Source: a virus (taxonomy: Duplodnaviria > Caudoviricetes). Taken from it: a DNA stretch of 24,888 nucleotides. A program made the position numbers and the translations under genes. The notes below the pieces were generated by a model that was not told the origin of the DNA, did not search any database, and saw only the letters and a program-made list of their open reading frames with translations. The DNA is taken from the IMG/VR virus record IMGVR_UViG_3300025398_000087, positions 1 through 24,888 of that record, one strand, 5' to 3'. Positions 9,772 to 18,701 of this stretch are shown in pieces; position 1 is the stretch's first letter, and each line of letters opens with the position of its first letter.

Positions 9772-11844
9772 TTAACTTTTTGCATTGACAGTAACGCTGA
9801 TTGCTGCTGGATCGTATGGATCAATTGTGATAATTCTGTTGTATGACGAAGAAATGATTGTTGTCGTAGGTGTCGTTGATATTGTCAATTGACCTAGGCT
9901 ATTATTTATATCTAATGGACTAAAATTGGTCAGTGTTATAATACCATTGTTGTAATCAATCGTACCTGCATTAGCATTCAATACTGTCTTAACATTCAAT
10001 GTATCATTATAATATGTTCTCAATGTTCCAAACTTGTTTTGCAAGTTAACAATCAATGCACCATTCGTACCTGTTGTGTCGCCATATGCAGGAGTAACAG
10101 TAGCAATAGCACTTGTATAACCTGAACCTGTGTTTGCCACGGTCACGGCCGATATACTTCCATTAACGATTGTAGCAACTGCTGTAGCACCAGTGCCATC
10201 ACCTTGAATTGTTATTATTGGTGTGATTGAGTAATTGAAACCTGGATTTAAGATGGATATTGAATCAACACCGCCAGTTGATGTTGGTATTTCTTCAATG
10301 AAAACACCTTGAATCGTATTGATGTTATTAGCAGGATCGACAAAACTCATGGCAGGAGAACTTGTCACGCCACTTTGGAACATACCACGATTCAACGATG
10401 TGTTGTAATATAATGTGTATGTTTGTGAAGCACCTAGTGTTGGATAGAACTTCTTCTGTAAGTTGATACCAAAATCACTTGTAATGATTGACTTGTCTGC
10501 ACTATTGATTGCACTCAATACGTCATATGAACTGAACGTAGAGTTGAATGTGTTTAGGTTATTGGCTGCATAACCATATACAGCCTGTTGAACCAAACTT
10601 TGTATTCCAGATGGCGTCAATGTTGTCTGTGATTGATTGAACAATACATTAGAAGATAGACGGATATATGTGTAATCAGGATTTACAATCGTTGGCTTCA
10701 CAGTCAAAACACTATAAGGTGCAATGACTTGATTAACAATCAATTGTTTTTGCACATCCGTTAAGTCATATGCACCAGTTGGTTTCAAAGAAATGAAGAC
10801 TTGGCCATATGCAGGAGGATCATTCTCTTCTCCACCCCAAATAGAAACTGCATCAAACGAAATACCTAGATTGTTCTGTTGTAACAATGTGATATAATCG
10901 TTCTTAGTGACTGCACGACCTTGAGCTGCAAATGCCTTGGGTGCTTGGTACTTGATAGAATCAATAGTTTCTTTATCTTCACCAGTAGTTGCGGCCAAAT
11001 AAGGAGTTACTGTGACAGTATTGTGAGCAGCAACAGAATCCATCAATGTGAATGAGTTGGCTAGACCACCTTTTGTGCCTTTGGTTGAAACATAATTGAT
11101 TTGAACAAGGTTGCCATCTGACAATTTTTGTCCCAAGATGCCATCGCCAAAATAGATTTGATAGTTGCCATCAACCGCCTCTTGTAAAAAATATACAGGA
11201 TCAGTTGGTGTAAGACTTAAATAATCTATTGTCGGATTAAAAACCGTGTAAGAAGAATTAGATGACGATTGTTTTACACTTACAGTCAAAGTAGATGTGT
11301 CGATATTAGGATCAGGCACCTCAAAGATGTATTTTGGATTTGATGTACTATCGACTGTAAATGTATAATTTTTGACTGTACCTTGTTTAAGTTCAATACC
11401 AGTAAACACAGCAGTATTTGCTGTAACCTGTACTGTAGCATCAGCTAGTGTCACATAGTTATAGTTTACATTGTCGATGGCTTCAGACAAAAAGTTGGTA
11501 TGTTTTGGTATGGTAAACGTTGGAGTTGTCACACCAGTAAATGCAATATTGACTTCAGCAACTGCACCGACAGCGGAACGTGGTACATAATTCAATAATT
11601 TAGCATGAGAAACCACAGAAGAACGCTGTAATGCGGAGTCCAAGAACATCTCATTGGCCACCATATTTAAGTAAAAAGCATTATATTGTGTGTTGTATGC
11701 TAAAACATCCAGTAAAGTAGACAATGCAGAACCAGAAAAATTGTAATCTTTAAATGTCTGTTGGTTCTGTAGGTAATTGATGAAGTTTTGCTTAATGCCA
11801 CTAAAGTCTAAGCTAGCAACTTGTATATTTGTATTAGATGCCAT
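9772..11844 (-). CDS. gp6: Baseplate wedge subunit gp6
   Basis: LDFSGIKQNFINYL...FKDYNFSGSALSTLLDVLAYNTQYNAFYLNMVANEMFLDSA, IYFGDGILG, QGRAVTKNDY and WGGEENDPPAYGQVFIS are hallmark gp6 motifs. Confidence 0.93.
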   Translation of the reverse strand: MASNTNIQVASLDFSGIKQNFINYLQNQQTFKDYNFSGSALSTLLDVLAYNTQYNAFYLNMVANEMFLDSALQRSSVVSHAKLLNYVPRSAVGAVAEVNIAFTGVTTPTFTIPKHTNFLSEAIDNVNYNYVTLADATVQVTANTAVFTGIELKQGTVKNYTFTVDSTSNPKYIFEVPDPNIDTSTLTVSVKQSSSNSSYTVFNPTIDYLSLTPTDPVYFLQEAVDGNYQIYFGDGILGQKLSDGNLVQINYVSTKGTKGGLANSFTLMDSVAAHNTVTVTPYLAATTGEDKETIDSIKYQAPKAFAAQGRAVTKNDYITLLQQNNLGISFDAVSIWGGEENDPPAYGQVFISLKPTGAYDLTDVQKQLIVNQVIAPYSVLTVKPTIVNPDYTYIRLSSNVLFNQSQTTLTPSGIQSLVQQAVYGYAANNLNTFNSTFSSYDVLSAINSADKSIITSDFGINLQKKFYPTLGASQTYTLYYNTSLNRGMFQSGVTSSPAMSFVDPANNINTIQGVFIEEIPTSTGGVDSISILNPGFNYSITPIITIQGDGTGATAVATIVNGSISAVTVANTGSGYTSAIATVTPAYGDTTGTNGALIVNLQNKFGTLRTYYNDTLNVKTVLNANAGTIDYNNGIITLTNFSPLDINNSLGQLTISTTPTTTIISSSYNRIITIDPYDPAAISVTVNAKS

Positions 11845-12236
11845 TATCTGGACCTTTGAAGAAGAAGATTAACATTCGTTGGCGTAGTATTGTTTCCAAT
11901 AAAAAAACTTATAAAAACATTAAAACTGTTGTTATCAGGTGCAAGCGTCACATTGATACTGTTTATTTGTGCTCTTGGTTCAAAATTTGAAATGACATTT
12001 CGTATTTCATCGGCCAAAATACTTGAAGTGATGTTTGTTGCAGGCTCAAATAACAATCCAGATAGGTTGGAACCTAAATTTGGTTGAAAAGGCCTCTCAT
12101 AAAAGTTAGTCAGCAAGAGATTCCTTACAGAAGCAATCACCGCCTGGTCGTCATAACGCAAAGAAACATCACCAGTTACTGGTAGTTTCTTGAAGGTTAA
12201 GTCCAAGTCGGAGTAAAGTTTCTGTACATTTGCCAT
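11844..12236 (-). CDS. gp25: Baseplate wedge subunit gp25 (sheath initiator)
   Basis: YSDLDL, SVRNLLLTNFYERPFQPNLGS..LLFE and FEPR motifs; 130 aa; immediately upstream of gp6. Confidence 0.93.
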   Translation of the reverse strand: MANVQKLYSDLDLTFKKLPVTGDVSLRYDDQAVIASVRNLLLTNFYERPFQPNLGSNLSGLLFEPATNITSSILADEIRNVISNFEPRAQINSINVTLAPDNNSFNVFISFFIGNNTTPTNVNLLLQRSR

Positions 12237-12240
12237 TGTT

Positions 12241-12248
12241 TATTTATG
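12241..12248 (-). promoter_or_regulatory. Putative T4-type late promoter (CATAAATA) upstream of gp25
   Basis: One mismatch to TATAAATA; ends 4 nt before the gp25 ATG at 12236. Confidence 0.6.
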
Positions 12249-13083
12249 AGTTCAAATTGGTAAGAAGAGTTGGCGTACCAATGTAATTCTGCAAAAGGTA
12301 ATTTTGTGAAGCGCCAAGGTTATTAAATTGGCTAACTGTTCCATAGTCGTGCAATACATTGGCTGAGTTTTGAAAGAACGCTGAATCCTGTGCTGGATAG
12401 AAGGACATAACAAAATTAACAGTCGAAACAACATTTTGTAATGCGGAAGCATTGGCCGCAGATACATTTGTTGTGTTGTGAGGATCACCAGTTATTGGAT
12501 CAGTAGAATATGTTATCGTATTGGCCAAAATATTGGTCAAAGTGTGCATTGTACTATACAAATTAGCTAATGTATTGCCTAAAGTCACACTTGTGAAACT
12601 ACCTAACATAACCGAGCTGTTTGATATGTTATCCGATTGGCTAGTTATGTAAGATAACATTTTACCTTGTGCAATAGCAGTATTGTAATGAGGTGTACTT
12701 GTATCGGAATTAGGTGGAGTGACATTCGATTGTCGATTTGTTATATACAAATACGTTTGTGCTGAGTTTGCAGATAATACAGTTGAAGTGGCATATACGT
12801 TAGCCATTGCAGTATTTACAGTATTGTTTGCAGGTGAAGCAGTCAAACCAGATGTCAAAGTAATCAATGTGTTGGATGTATCCCAAATTGATTGAGTGAC
12901 GTTAGCCACTGGATTCATAAAGAATCCAGATACTGCACTATTACCAATTGCATTGGCTTGCCATGGTTTAATCAAGGGAGGTAACAGGTCCATTTGAACC
13001 ATTACGTTACTTGAATACGGCATAGACAATGCGTTAGTTGCGGGGTCACTAGAATTGAAACCCAATCTTGCATAAATGCTCAT
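12244..13083 (-). CDS. Hypothetical protein (279 aa, Asn/Thr/Ser-rich), probably virion-associated
   Basis: Long ORF tightly packed in the operon between gp5-C and gp25; no recognised motif. Confidence 0.7.
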   Translation of the reverse strand: MSIYARLGFNSSDPATNALSMPYSSNVMVQMDLLPPLIKPWQANAIGNSAVSGFFMNPVANVTQSIWDTSNTLITLTSGLTASPANNTVNTAMANVYATSTVLSANSAQTYLYITNRQSNVTPPNSDTSTPHYNTAIAQGKMLSYITSQSDNISNSSVMLGSFTSVTLGNTLANLYSTMHTLTNILANTITYSTDPITGDPHNTTNVSAANASALQNVVSTVNFVMSFYPAQDSAFFQNSANVLHDYGTVSQFNNLGASQNYLLQNYIGTPTLLTNLNS

Positions 13084-13087
13084 AATA

Positions 13088-13891
13088 TTAAATTCCTACT
13101 TCAGTTGGTACAGGAGGTCCAGTTGGACCTTTTGGTGAAACGTGTATATGTGCATTATGTAGGCTAACGTTTACTGTGTCATATGCCCATATAGCACTCA
13201 TTACGCCAAACGTGCCTAATGGTGCATCTACTTCAGCCGCAGCACTAATTGTTCCAGGTACTGCAACAGGTAAACCAGCAGAAACACCGCCTAGAGTAAC
13301 AATACCTTGAAGACCTGCACTTATACCACCGACAGCATCAACTCGACCTAAAGATGTTATTTTACCAGCAGTAATTTCACCATCTACTGTTAGGTCTCCA
13401 CCAAGATGCATATAATCTGGTGTATTGAGTTTCAAACCACCTGTTAGTCCGCCAGCTGCATTGATAATCATGTCGCCTTGAGAGGTCATACTACTGACAC
13501 CTTCCACAACTTGTGAAAAGTTGCCTTTGATGTGTTGTTCTACATTACCGTCAATCTGTTCTATTAAGTCACCTTGGACATGTATCTCACAATCTCCTTG
13601 GACCTCAATCTTTAGACGGCCTTTAACCAACATATTTTTGTTGTTGATAGTAATCTCATACCCATCACCATACACCTTATGCACCTCATCACCATTAGGA
13701 TGCATCTCAATAAATGTACCTGAACGGTGTTGCAGTCTTACACGTTCCCTTGTAGGAGTGTCATCCAACTCAAATGAATGTCCACTTGGTGTTTGTGTTG
13801 CATTGTTGTAAGGAAATACAGGCTGATATGTGGCATTAGCTGCCGACTCAGGCTCTGTCCATGCTGTAAAGAAACTTGGTTGTGTTGCCAT
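13088..13891 (-). CDS. gp5: Baseplate central spike, gp5 C-terminal part (beta-helix, HxH tip)
   Basis: WTEP...PYNNATQTPSGHSFELDDTPTRERVRLQHRSGTFIEMHPNG resembles T4 gp5C (YPY...TESGH.QEFDDTPG.ER). It is followed by (V/I)xG(D/N) octapeptide repeats and C-terminal HNAHIH. Confidence 0.85.
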   Translation of the reverse strand: MATQPSFFTAWTEPESAANATYQPVFPYNNATQTPSGHSFELDDTPTRERVRLQHRSGTFIEMHPNGDEVHKVYGDGYEITINNKNMLVKGRLKIEVQGDCEIHVQGDLIEQIDGNVEQHIKGNFSQVVEGVSSMTSQGDMIINAAGGLTGGLKLNTPDYMHLGGDLTVDGEITAGKITSLGRVDAVGGISAGLQGIVTLGGVSAGLPVAVPGTISAAAEVDAPLGTFGVMSAIWAYDTVNVSLHNAHIHVSPKGPTGPPVPTEVGI

Positions 13892-13900
13892 TCAATATCC

Positions 13901-14842
13901 TTAGGGACTAGACGCTGTTTTTTGTGTTGCACCAGATGATGGTGGCGCAGATGCAACTGTCGAATTGATGAGACTTGTAATAGCCGCTGTACCGGCTGTA
14001 CCATTAATAATAGCCATCATAGAAGCACTCGTGTTTGCTGATTCAGCTGCAGCTGCATTACTTGCTTGTTGTCCTATATTATTAACAATGTTCTTAATGT
14101 TTGTGGCATTCTTTATTGTGTTGTTTGTATTGGTCAGAGATGTTTGGAAGTTTGTCAAACATTGTTGTAATAGTTTTTGGATTTGGCCAGGTAAACTTTT
14201 AATCCATGTAACAATTTGTTCTAAATTGGTAGCAATACTCTGAATCAAAGCAACATCATAAGCAATCTGAGCAATCTGATCAGTTATTGCATTTAATTGT
14301 CTCACAAGAGATTTACTAACAGAAATCGTCAAGGAGATTTGGCCTGTTGGATCAAGATTTAGGGCTGCTAATAATGCTTTTAAACCTTCACGAAATGCTT
14401 GTTGTAATTGGCCAACAGCTGCTCGAACTGCATTTGCACCTGCCATTTTACCATTCTTGATAGCATTTGCTATTTGTGTGAATGGGTTTGTGAGTCCTGA
14501 TATACTAATACCAAGAGAAAAGTCAAACTTGAAATCACAAACGTGTGAAAGGTCATTGTTGTTATTCAATAGAGATGAATTTTTTAATGCACCTCTTGAC
14601 AATCCTGGAAGTGTTTGTGAACCTGCTGTATAGAAATAACCACCATTTGGTAGAATTGGTGACTTGATTTCAAGCACTGCGCCACCATCTAATATTTTAG
14701 TGGGTGTCAAATTAAGAAAAGAAGTAGAAGTTATCGCAGCTGCATTATTTTGTGCATTATTGATAGCACCTGTTACAGCGTTTGATATAGTAGTTGCGGC
14801 AGATGTTATGCCACCTGCAAATGCGTCTGATGCGGTTGCCAT
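13901..14842 (-). CDS. Hypothetical helical protein occupying the middle of the split gp5 locus
   Basis: 313 aa, own SD (GGAGG just upstream), Ala/Gln/Leu-rich amphipathic helices, motif TLPGLSRG. Confidence 0.7.
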   Translation of the reverse strand: MATASDAFAGGITSAATTISNAVTGAINNAQNNAAAITSTSFLNLTPTKILDGGAVLEIKSPILPNGGYFYTAGSQTLPGLSRGALKNSSLLNNNNDLSHVCDFKFDFSLGISISGLTNPFTQIANAIKNGKMAGANAVRAAVGQLQQAFREGLKALLAALNLDPTGQISLTISVSKSLVRQLNAITDQIAQIAYDVALIQSIATNLEQIVTWIKSLPGQIQKLLQQCLTNFQTSLTNTNNTIKNATNIKNIVNNIGQQASNAAAAESANTSASMMAIINGTAGTAAITSLINSTVASAPPSSGATQKTASSP

Positions 14843-14843
14843 A

Positions 14844-15200
14844 TTAACCTCCTGTTGATGTTGCTGATGTTGTTACTGAAGATGATGTTGCACTATTAGC
14901 AGCTGCAAAACCAGGTAAAACACCCATCATTATAGGAAACTGCCCGCTCTCACCATCCATAAAGAAACCTACAACCCAATCGTTTATTTCCAATGGTTGA
15001 AATTGTTTGGCCGTATTTATTGAGTACATTGGGTGTGCCCAAGGCAATTCTATGGTAGGAATTTTACTTTTATCGTCTGTGTGCCAACCAAATATACGAA
15101 CACGGCAACGACCTAGACCAAGTGGATCATCTCTTGCTTCGACTGCACCAACCCACCAACAAAAACCATTAAGACCTGCAAAATTATTTACTACTTTCAT
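14844..15200 (-). CDS. gp5: gp5 N-terminal OB-fold domain as a standalone gene
   Basis: FCWWVGAVEARDDPLGLGRCRVRIFGWH...LPWA...WVVGFFMDGESGQFPIMMGVLPG is the Gp5_OB signature. ATG at 15200 overlaps the upstream TAA (TAATG) and is preferred over the 15224 start in the track. Confidence 0.9.
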   Translation of the reverse strand: MKVVNNFAGLNGFCWWVGAVEARDDPLGLGRCRVRIFGWHTDDKSKIPTIELPWAHPMYSINTAKQFQPLEINDWVVGFFMDGESGQFPIMMGVLPGFAAANSATSSSVTTSATSTGG

Positions 15201-16543
15201 TATCCACCCACAACATTTTGCCAAGTTGGTGAACCAGAATCTATATCTGGATATTGAGTACGAACACTTTCTTTGGCTATTTCCAAAACAGTTTTAAAAT
15301 CATTTTGTGTAATCATGTGTCTCACAGCAGTAATCAAATAAAAACCAGAATAGAACATATCCAAATCTGAACTAGCTGGATTCTTAGTTAACAAGTCGAA
15401 CTTGATAATAGTACCGACTGTAAGCATTGGATCACCAGGCACAGATATCTTTAGTCTTGTATAGTTTGCCAACGCTAATTGTGCTGTTCTGTATGGTATG
15501 TAGGTCTCTGCAAAAATGTTTTGTGCAACAGAACCTGGCTTTGATTGTACAACTTCATTGTTGGCTTGGTCAAAGTTTGAGAACACCAACTTCAAAGTTG
15601 CTTGACTTGTTTCATTTAGCTTATCACCAAAACGATTCTGTAAATTGTTTGTGACTGGAAACTTATTAAGACCACCAGAATCTGGATTGTTCCAATATTG
15701 GAAGTAATCAAAGTTGGTTGTTATCTTCTTTCTTGTAACGATGTCAACCGATATCAACTGATTTGCAAACATACCAGAATTGACTGCATTCAATGTGTCA
15801 TATGAGTTTAAAATCTCATAAGTCGTTACGTTGAACACTTCTTCAGTTAGGTTCTTCTCGTTTGCATTTTTTGGATCATATCTGTAAGTATTATAGATGG
15901 TGACACCTTGGCCATCTGTCAGAGTTTGCAAAGATTTAAAGTTAAAACCATCTTTGTTCTCATAAAAAATCATGTCTGCACCAAGAAATGGTGGCATAGG
16001 TCTAGCATAATTCGATAACCAATTAATTGCATCGAGTGGTTTCAAGTTTGGTGTAATGAAGCTGTATATACCATAAGAGTCATCTATGTTCAACCTATTG
16101 CCACTTATACCCAAATCATTGATACAGATGTCGGTTATGACTGTACTTACTGATTGGTTTGGATATGATTTGCTAATCTTGTATTGCTCAGAAATCACCA
16201 ATTCTTCAGAACAAAACTGTAACGTATATACTTCAGTATACATATTCGCAGCCAGTTTTCTTTTGTCCATCTTGTAGACACGAAACTTTTTAGTGATTGT
16301 GTCTGTAGGATCATCGTACTTACTGAATATCAGTTGTAGATATTCATTACCATTCAATGCCAAAAGTTCTGCATAGGCATTCGCTTCTGTCACCATCACA
16401 TAACCAGATATTACACCACCAAAGAGGTCTTCATGGTATGATATTTCATTCATGATTAGACGTAGCTCAATTGTGCCAACGGGTGTTAGCAATAACAGAC
16501 TCTTTAGGTCATAGTCCCTTGTATTAAGAATTCCTTGTGACAT
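15200..16543 (-). CDS. Baseplate hub protein (gp27-like)
   Basis: 447 aa between gp53 and gp5. Motifs PLDAINWL, FYENKDGFNFKSL, VPGDPMLTVG and YSGFYLITAVRH are typical of hub/late-control-D-like proteins. Confidence 0.7.
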   Translation of the reverse strand: MSQGILNTRDYDLKSLLLLTPVGTIELRLIMNEISYHEDLFGGVISGYVMVTEANAYAELLALNGNEYLQLIFSKYDDPTDTITKKFRVYKMDKRKLAANMYTEVYTLQFCSEELVISEQYKISKSYPNQSVSTVITDICINDLGISGNRLNIDDSYGIYSFITPNLKPLDAINWLSNYARPMPPFLGADMIFYENKDGFNFKSLQTLTDGQGVTIYNTYRYDPKNANEKNLTEEVFNVTTYEILNSYDTLNAVNSGMFANQLISVDIVTRKKITTNFDYFQYWNNPDSGGLNKFPVTNNLQNRFGDKLNETSQATLKLVFSNFDQANNEVVQSKPGSVAQNIFAETYIPYRTAQLALANYTRLKISVPGDPMLTVGTIIKFDLLTKNPASSDLDMFYSGFYLITAVRHMITQNDFKTVLEIAKESVRTQYPDIDSGSPTWQNVVGG

Positions 16544-16546
16544 TTT

Positions 16547-17203
16547 TTACTTTAACAATGCAGCCAATTGTGTTTCTAATGCACCAGAATAACTAGAATT
16601 TACAAGGTTAATGCTTCTTTTGGCTTCATTAGTTTCAATCTCGTAGTCATAAATGTATTGTGGATATGTTGTGATTGTTTGTGTTACACTTGCACCAGAA
16701 GGTAACAAAGAGTTTGTGGTGCCAACAACTGTATTATTATACGCAGCCTCATCAATATAGTAAATCGTAGTGTTCGATTCGGAAGATGTAGAATCTATTG
16801 TGGTTATAGACTCCACATACTGATATATGGTGTTTTGTGTATACGTTAACACCTGTGAAGAGGTAACATTTGCAACAGCAATGTTGAGTGAATTAGCCGT
16901 AGCACCTGCATATTTGTCAATTAAAAAATCATTGAATAGGTTTGGTGGCATTGGCCAGTCACCAATTGGATCTAATATTTGACCACCATATAGTGTTATC
17001 CAGTATCTATAACTATCGTTGTAATACTTTTGTGAAATGATGTCTGGAGTGTCACTATCTTTGATATTGTAATTGTAAAAAAGTAGTGCATTATCTAAAA
17101 GACTTGGAATAAGTTCAACTCTTTCCATTATATTTGTTACATTGACATAATTGCCATTGTAATCTGTCATTTTGATGATTGGAAACTGTTGGAAGTATTT
17201 CAT
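16547..17203 (-). CDS. gp53: Baseplate wedge subunit gp53 (LysM-like)
   Basis: MKYFQQFP, YNIKDSDTPDIISQKYY...YWI, DWP and YDYEIETNEAKRSI motifs. Confidence 0.88.
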   Translation of the reverse strand: MKYFQQFPIIKMTDYNGNYVNVTNIMERVELIPSLLDNALLFYNYNIKDSDTPDIISQKYYNDSYRYWITLYGGQILDPIGDWPMPPNLFNDFLIDKYAGATANSLNIAVANVTSSQVLTYTQNTIYQYVESITTIDSTSSESNTTIYYIDEAAYNNTVVGTTNSLLPSGASVTQTITTYPQYIYDYEIETNEAKRSINLVNSSYSGALETQLAALLK

Positions 17204-18219
17204 TAACGTAATCCTGCGACAGTATCTGTTGATGTGCTGGTTGCGAATGCACTATCCGCACCATAACCAGCAGCAATTTTTGCCTTAGTAACAATCTCAA
17301 TTTCTTGGAAGCTCAATGTCAATTGTGTTTGAACAGGTGCACCATCATTGTGAGCTGCAAATCCGTTAGGTGCATAATCTACATTGATGTCCGTCAACAC
17401 ACAATCTCCATATCTTGGTAAAAATTGATTCTCACCATAGTTGAACATAAACTCAACGTTAAAATAAGATGGCGGAACAAAGAACATGCCACTGACTGCA
17501 CCTGTCGTTGTCAATAACTGTGGTGCAAAATGATATTTAAATGTTCCAATAATTTGATTTATGGTTTTCGCTTCATCTTGTGTATTTGGTGTGAACAAGA
17601 AATTCAATTGAAACTTTCTAAAACCGACACCACGATAGATTAGTTGTAGTTGTGGATTGATTGCATAACCTTGTGTTTGTAATGCAACATCAACTAAACC
17701 TTGACCGCCTAAATTGAATTTGTCCAATAAGGTACCAACACCTAAAGCCGCTGCAGCGATTGCGGCTGGATCAGAACCAGTTTGGCCTGCTGTGTTTTTT
17801 CCGCTTTTTGGACTATTCAAATATGTAGATATACCTTGGATTGCTGTAATACCTTTGCCTAAATCATTAGTGACACTCAGTTCATCATATGAAGCATCAT
17901 AAGAAGCATTCAAAGTATCAGGCATATATAAACAAATAACACCAACAGAGTCTGTTACGTTTGGTTGATAGTTCCATGTTGTGATTTTATCGTAAGCATT
18001 TTTCAATGCAGCTGTTGTTGAACCACTAACAGGTGCTGAAGGAACAATCTGTTTTATTGAGAATTTGACATAGTGATTCTTGGTTGAAGAACCTAAGTCT
18101 GCCGGATAGACTAATGGTGATAACTTTGTCGTATCGGCTTCTAAAATACCCAATGGACCAGTGACTTCTGTAAGCTTTGATCCACCAGTAGAAACAGCAA
18201 CTAAATCTATAATTGGCAT
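17203..18219 (-). CDS. gp48: Baseplate tail-tube cap gp48
   Basis: LVYP, ICLYMP, INPQLQLIYRGVGFRKFQLNFLFTP..QDEA, CVLTDINVDYAP and LTLSFQEIEIVTK motifs. Confidence 0.88.
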   Translation of the reverse strand: MPIIDLVAVSTGGSKLTEVTGPLGILEADTTKLSPLVYPADLGSSTKNHYVKFSIKQIVPSAPVSGSTTAALKNAYDKITTWNYQPNVTDSVGVICLYMPDTLNASYDASYDELSVTNDLGKGITAIQGISTYLNSPKSGKNTAGQTGSDPAAIAAAALGVGTLLDKFNLGGQGLVDVALQTQGYAINPQLQLIYRGVGFRKFQLNFLFTPNTQDEAKTINQIIGTFKYHFAPQLLTTTGAVSGMFFVPPSYFNVEFMFNYGENQFLPRYGDCVLTDINVDYAPNGFAAHNDGAPVQTQLTLSFQEIEIVTKAKIAAGYGADSAFATSTSTDTVAGLR

Positions 18220-18250
18220 TATTTTTTCTTTGAAAATTGATTATACATAC

Positions 18251-18258
18251 TATTTATG
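18251..18258 (-). promoter_or_regulatory. Putative late promoter (CATAAATA) driving the gp48 leftward operon; overlaps the gp4 start codon
   Basis: tatttatg on the + strand in the 36-nt divergent intergenic region; 31 nt upstream of the gp48 ATG. Confidence 0.65.
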
Positions 18259-18690
18259 GCATATACCGGCAAGTTTACCCCAAAAAATCCACAAAAGTAC
18301 GTGGGTGATTACACCAAAATCACTTATCGCTCGTCATGGGAGGCAAGGGTAATGACATGGTTAGATAAAGAACCTAATGTCATATCATGGGCATCAGAAG
18401 AGCTAGCAATCCCTTATATATCACCTGTGGATGGCAAACGCCATAGGTATTTTCCAGATTTTATCGTCAAAGTAAAGAATAAAGATGGTAAGGTAAGCAC
18501 TATGATGATTGAGGTCAAACCTCAAAAACAGTCTGTGGAACCAGCCAAACGAAGCCGTGTGACGAAACAATACATAACTGAGGTCATGACATACGGTATC
18601 AATCAAGCCAAGTGGAAAGCTGCTCAGGAATATTGTTTAGATAAAGGTTGGCAGTTTAAAGTACTGACGGAAAAAGAGTTGGGCCTCTAA
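18256..18690 (+). CDS. gp4: Head completion protein gp4 (TnsA-like PD-(D/E)xK fold)
   Basis: Y.GKF.PKNP.KY.GD...I.YRSSWE, W.SEE..IPY.SP.DG..HRYFPDF, IEVKP and NQAKW.AA motifs. Confidence 0.93.
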   Translation: MAYTGKFTPKNPQKYVGDYTKITYRSSWEARVMTWLDKEPNVISWASEELAIPYISPVDGKRHRYFPDFIVKVKNKDGKVSTMMIEVKPQKQSVEPAKRSRVTKQYITEVMTYGINQAKWKAAQEYCLDKGWQFKVLTEKELGL

Positions 18691-18697
18691 CTAAATA
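18690..18697 (+). promoter_or_regulatory. Putative late promoter variant (ACTAAATA) upstream of gp2
   Basis: TAAATA core ending 4 nt before the gp2 ATG at 18702. Confidence 0.5.
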
Positions 18698-18701
18698 AGG
18701 C

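Noticed and set aside
14836-14856. gp5 split as a pseudogene or sequencing frameshift
   Set aside because: Each piece has an intact RBS/start and domain-boundary breakpoints, and the spike is essential; read data would still be needed to exclude it fully.
15201-15224. Upstream start MAKCCGWI for the gp5 N-terminal gene
   Set aside because: It overlaps the hub gene; ATG at 15200 is coupled to the hub stop (TAATG) and preceded by GGTGGA.
18256-18690. TnsA-like nuclease motif suggesting a transposon or homing endonuclease
   Set aside because: Sequence and synteny match core head-completion gp4; no terminal repeats or other transposition genes.
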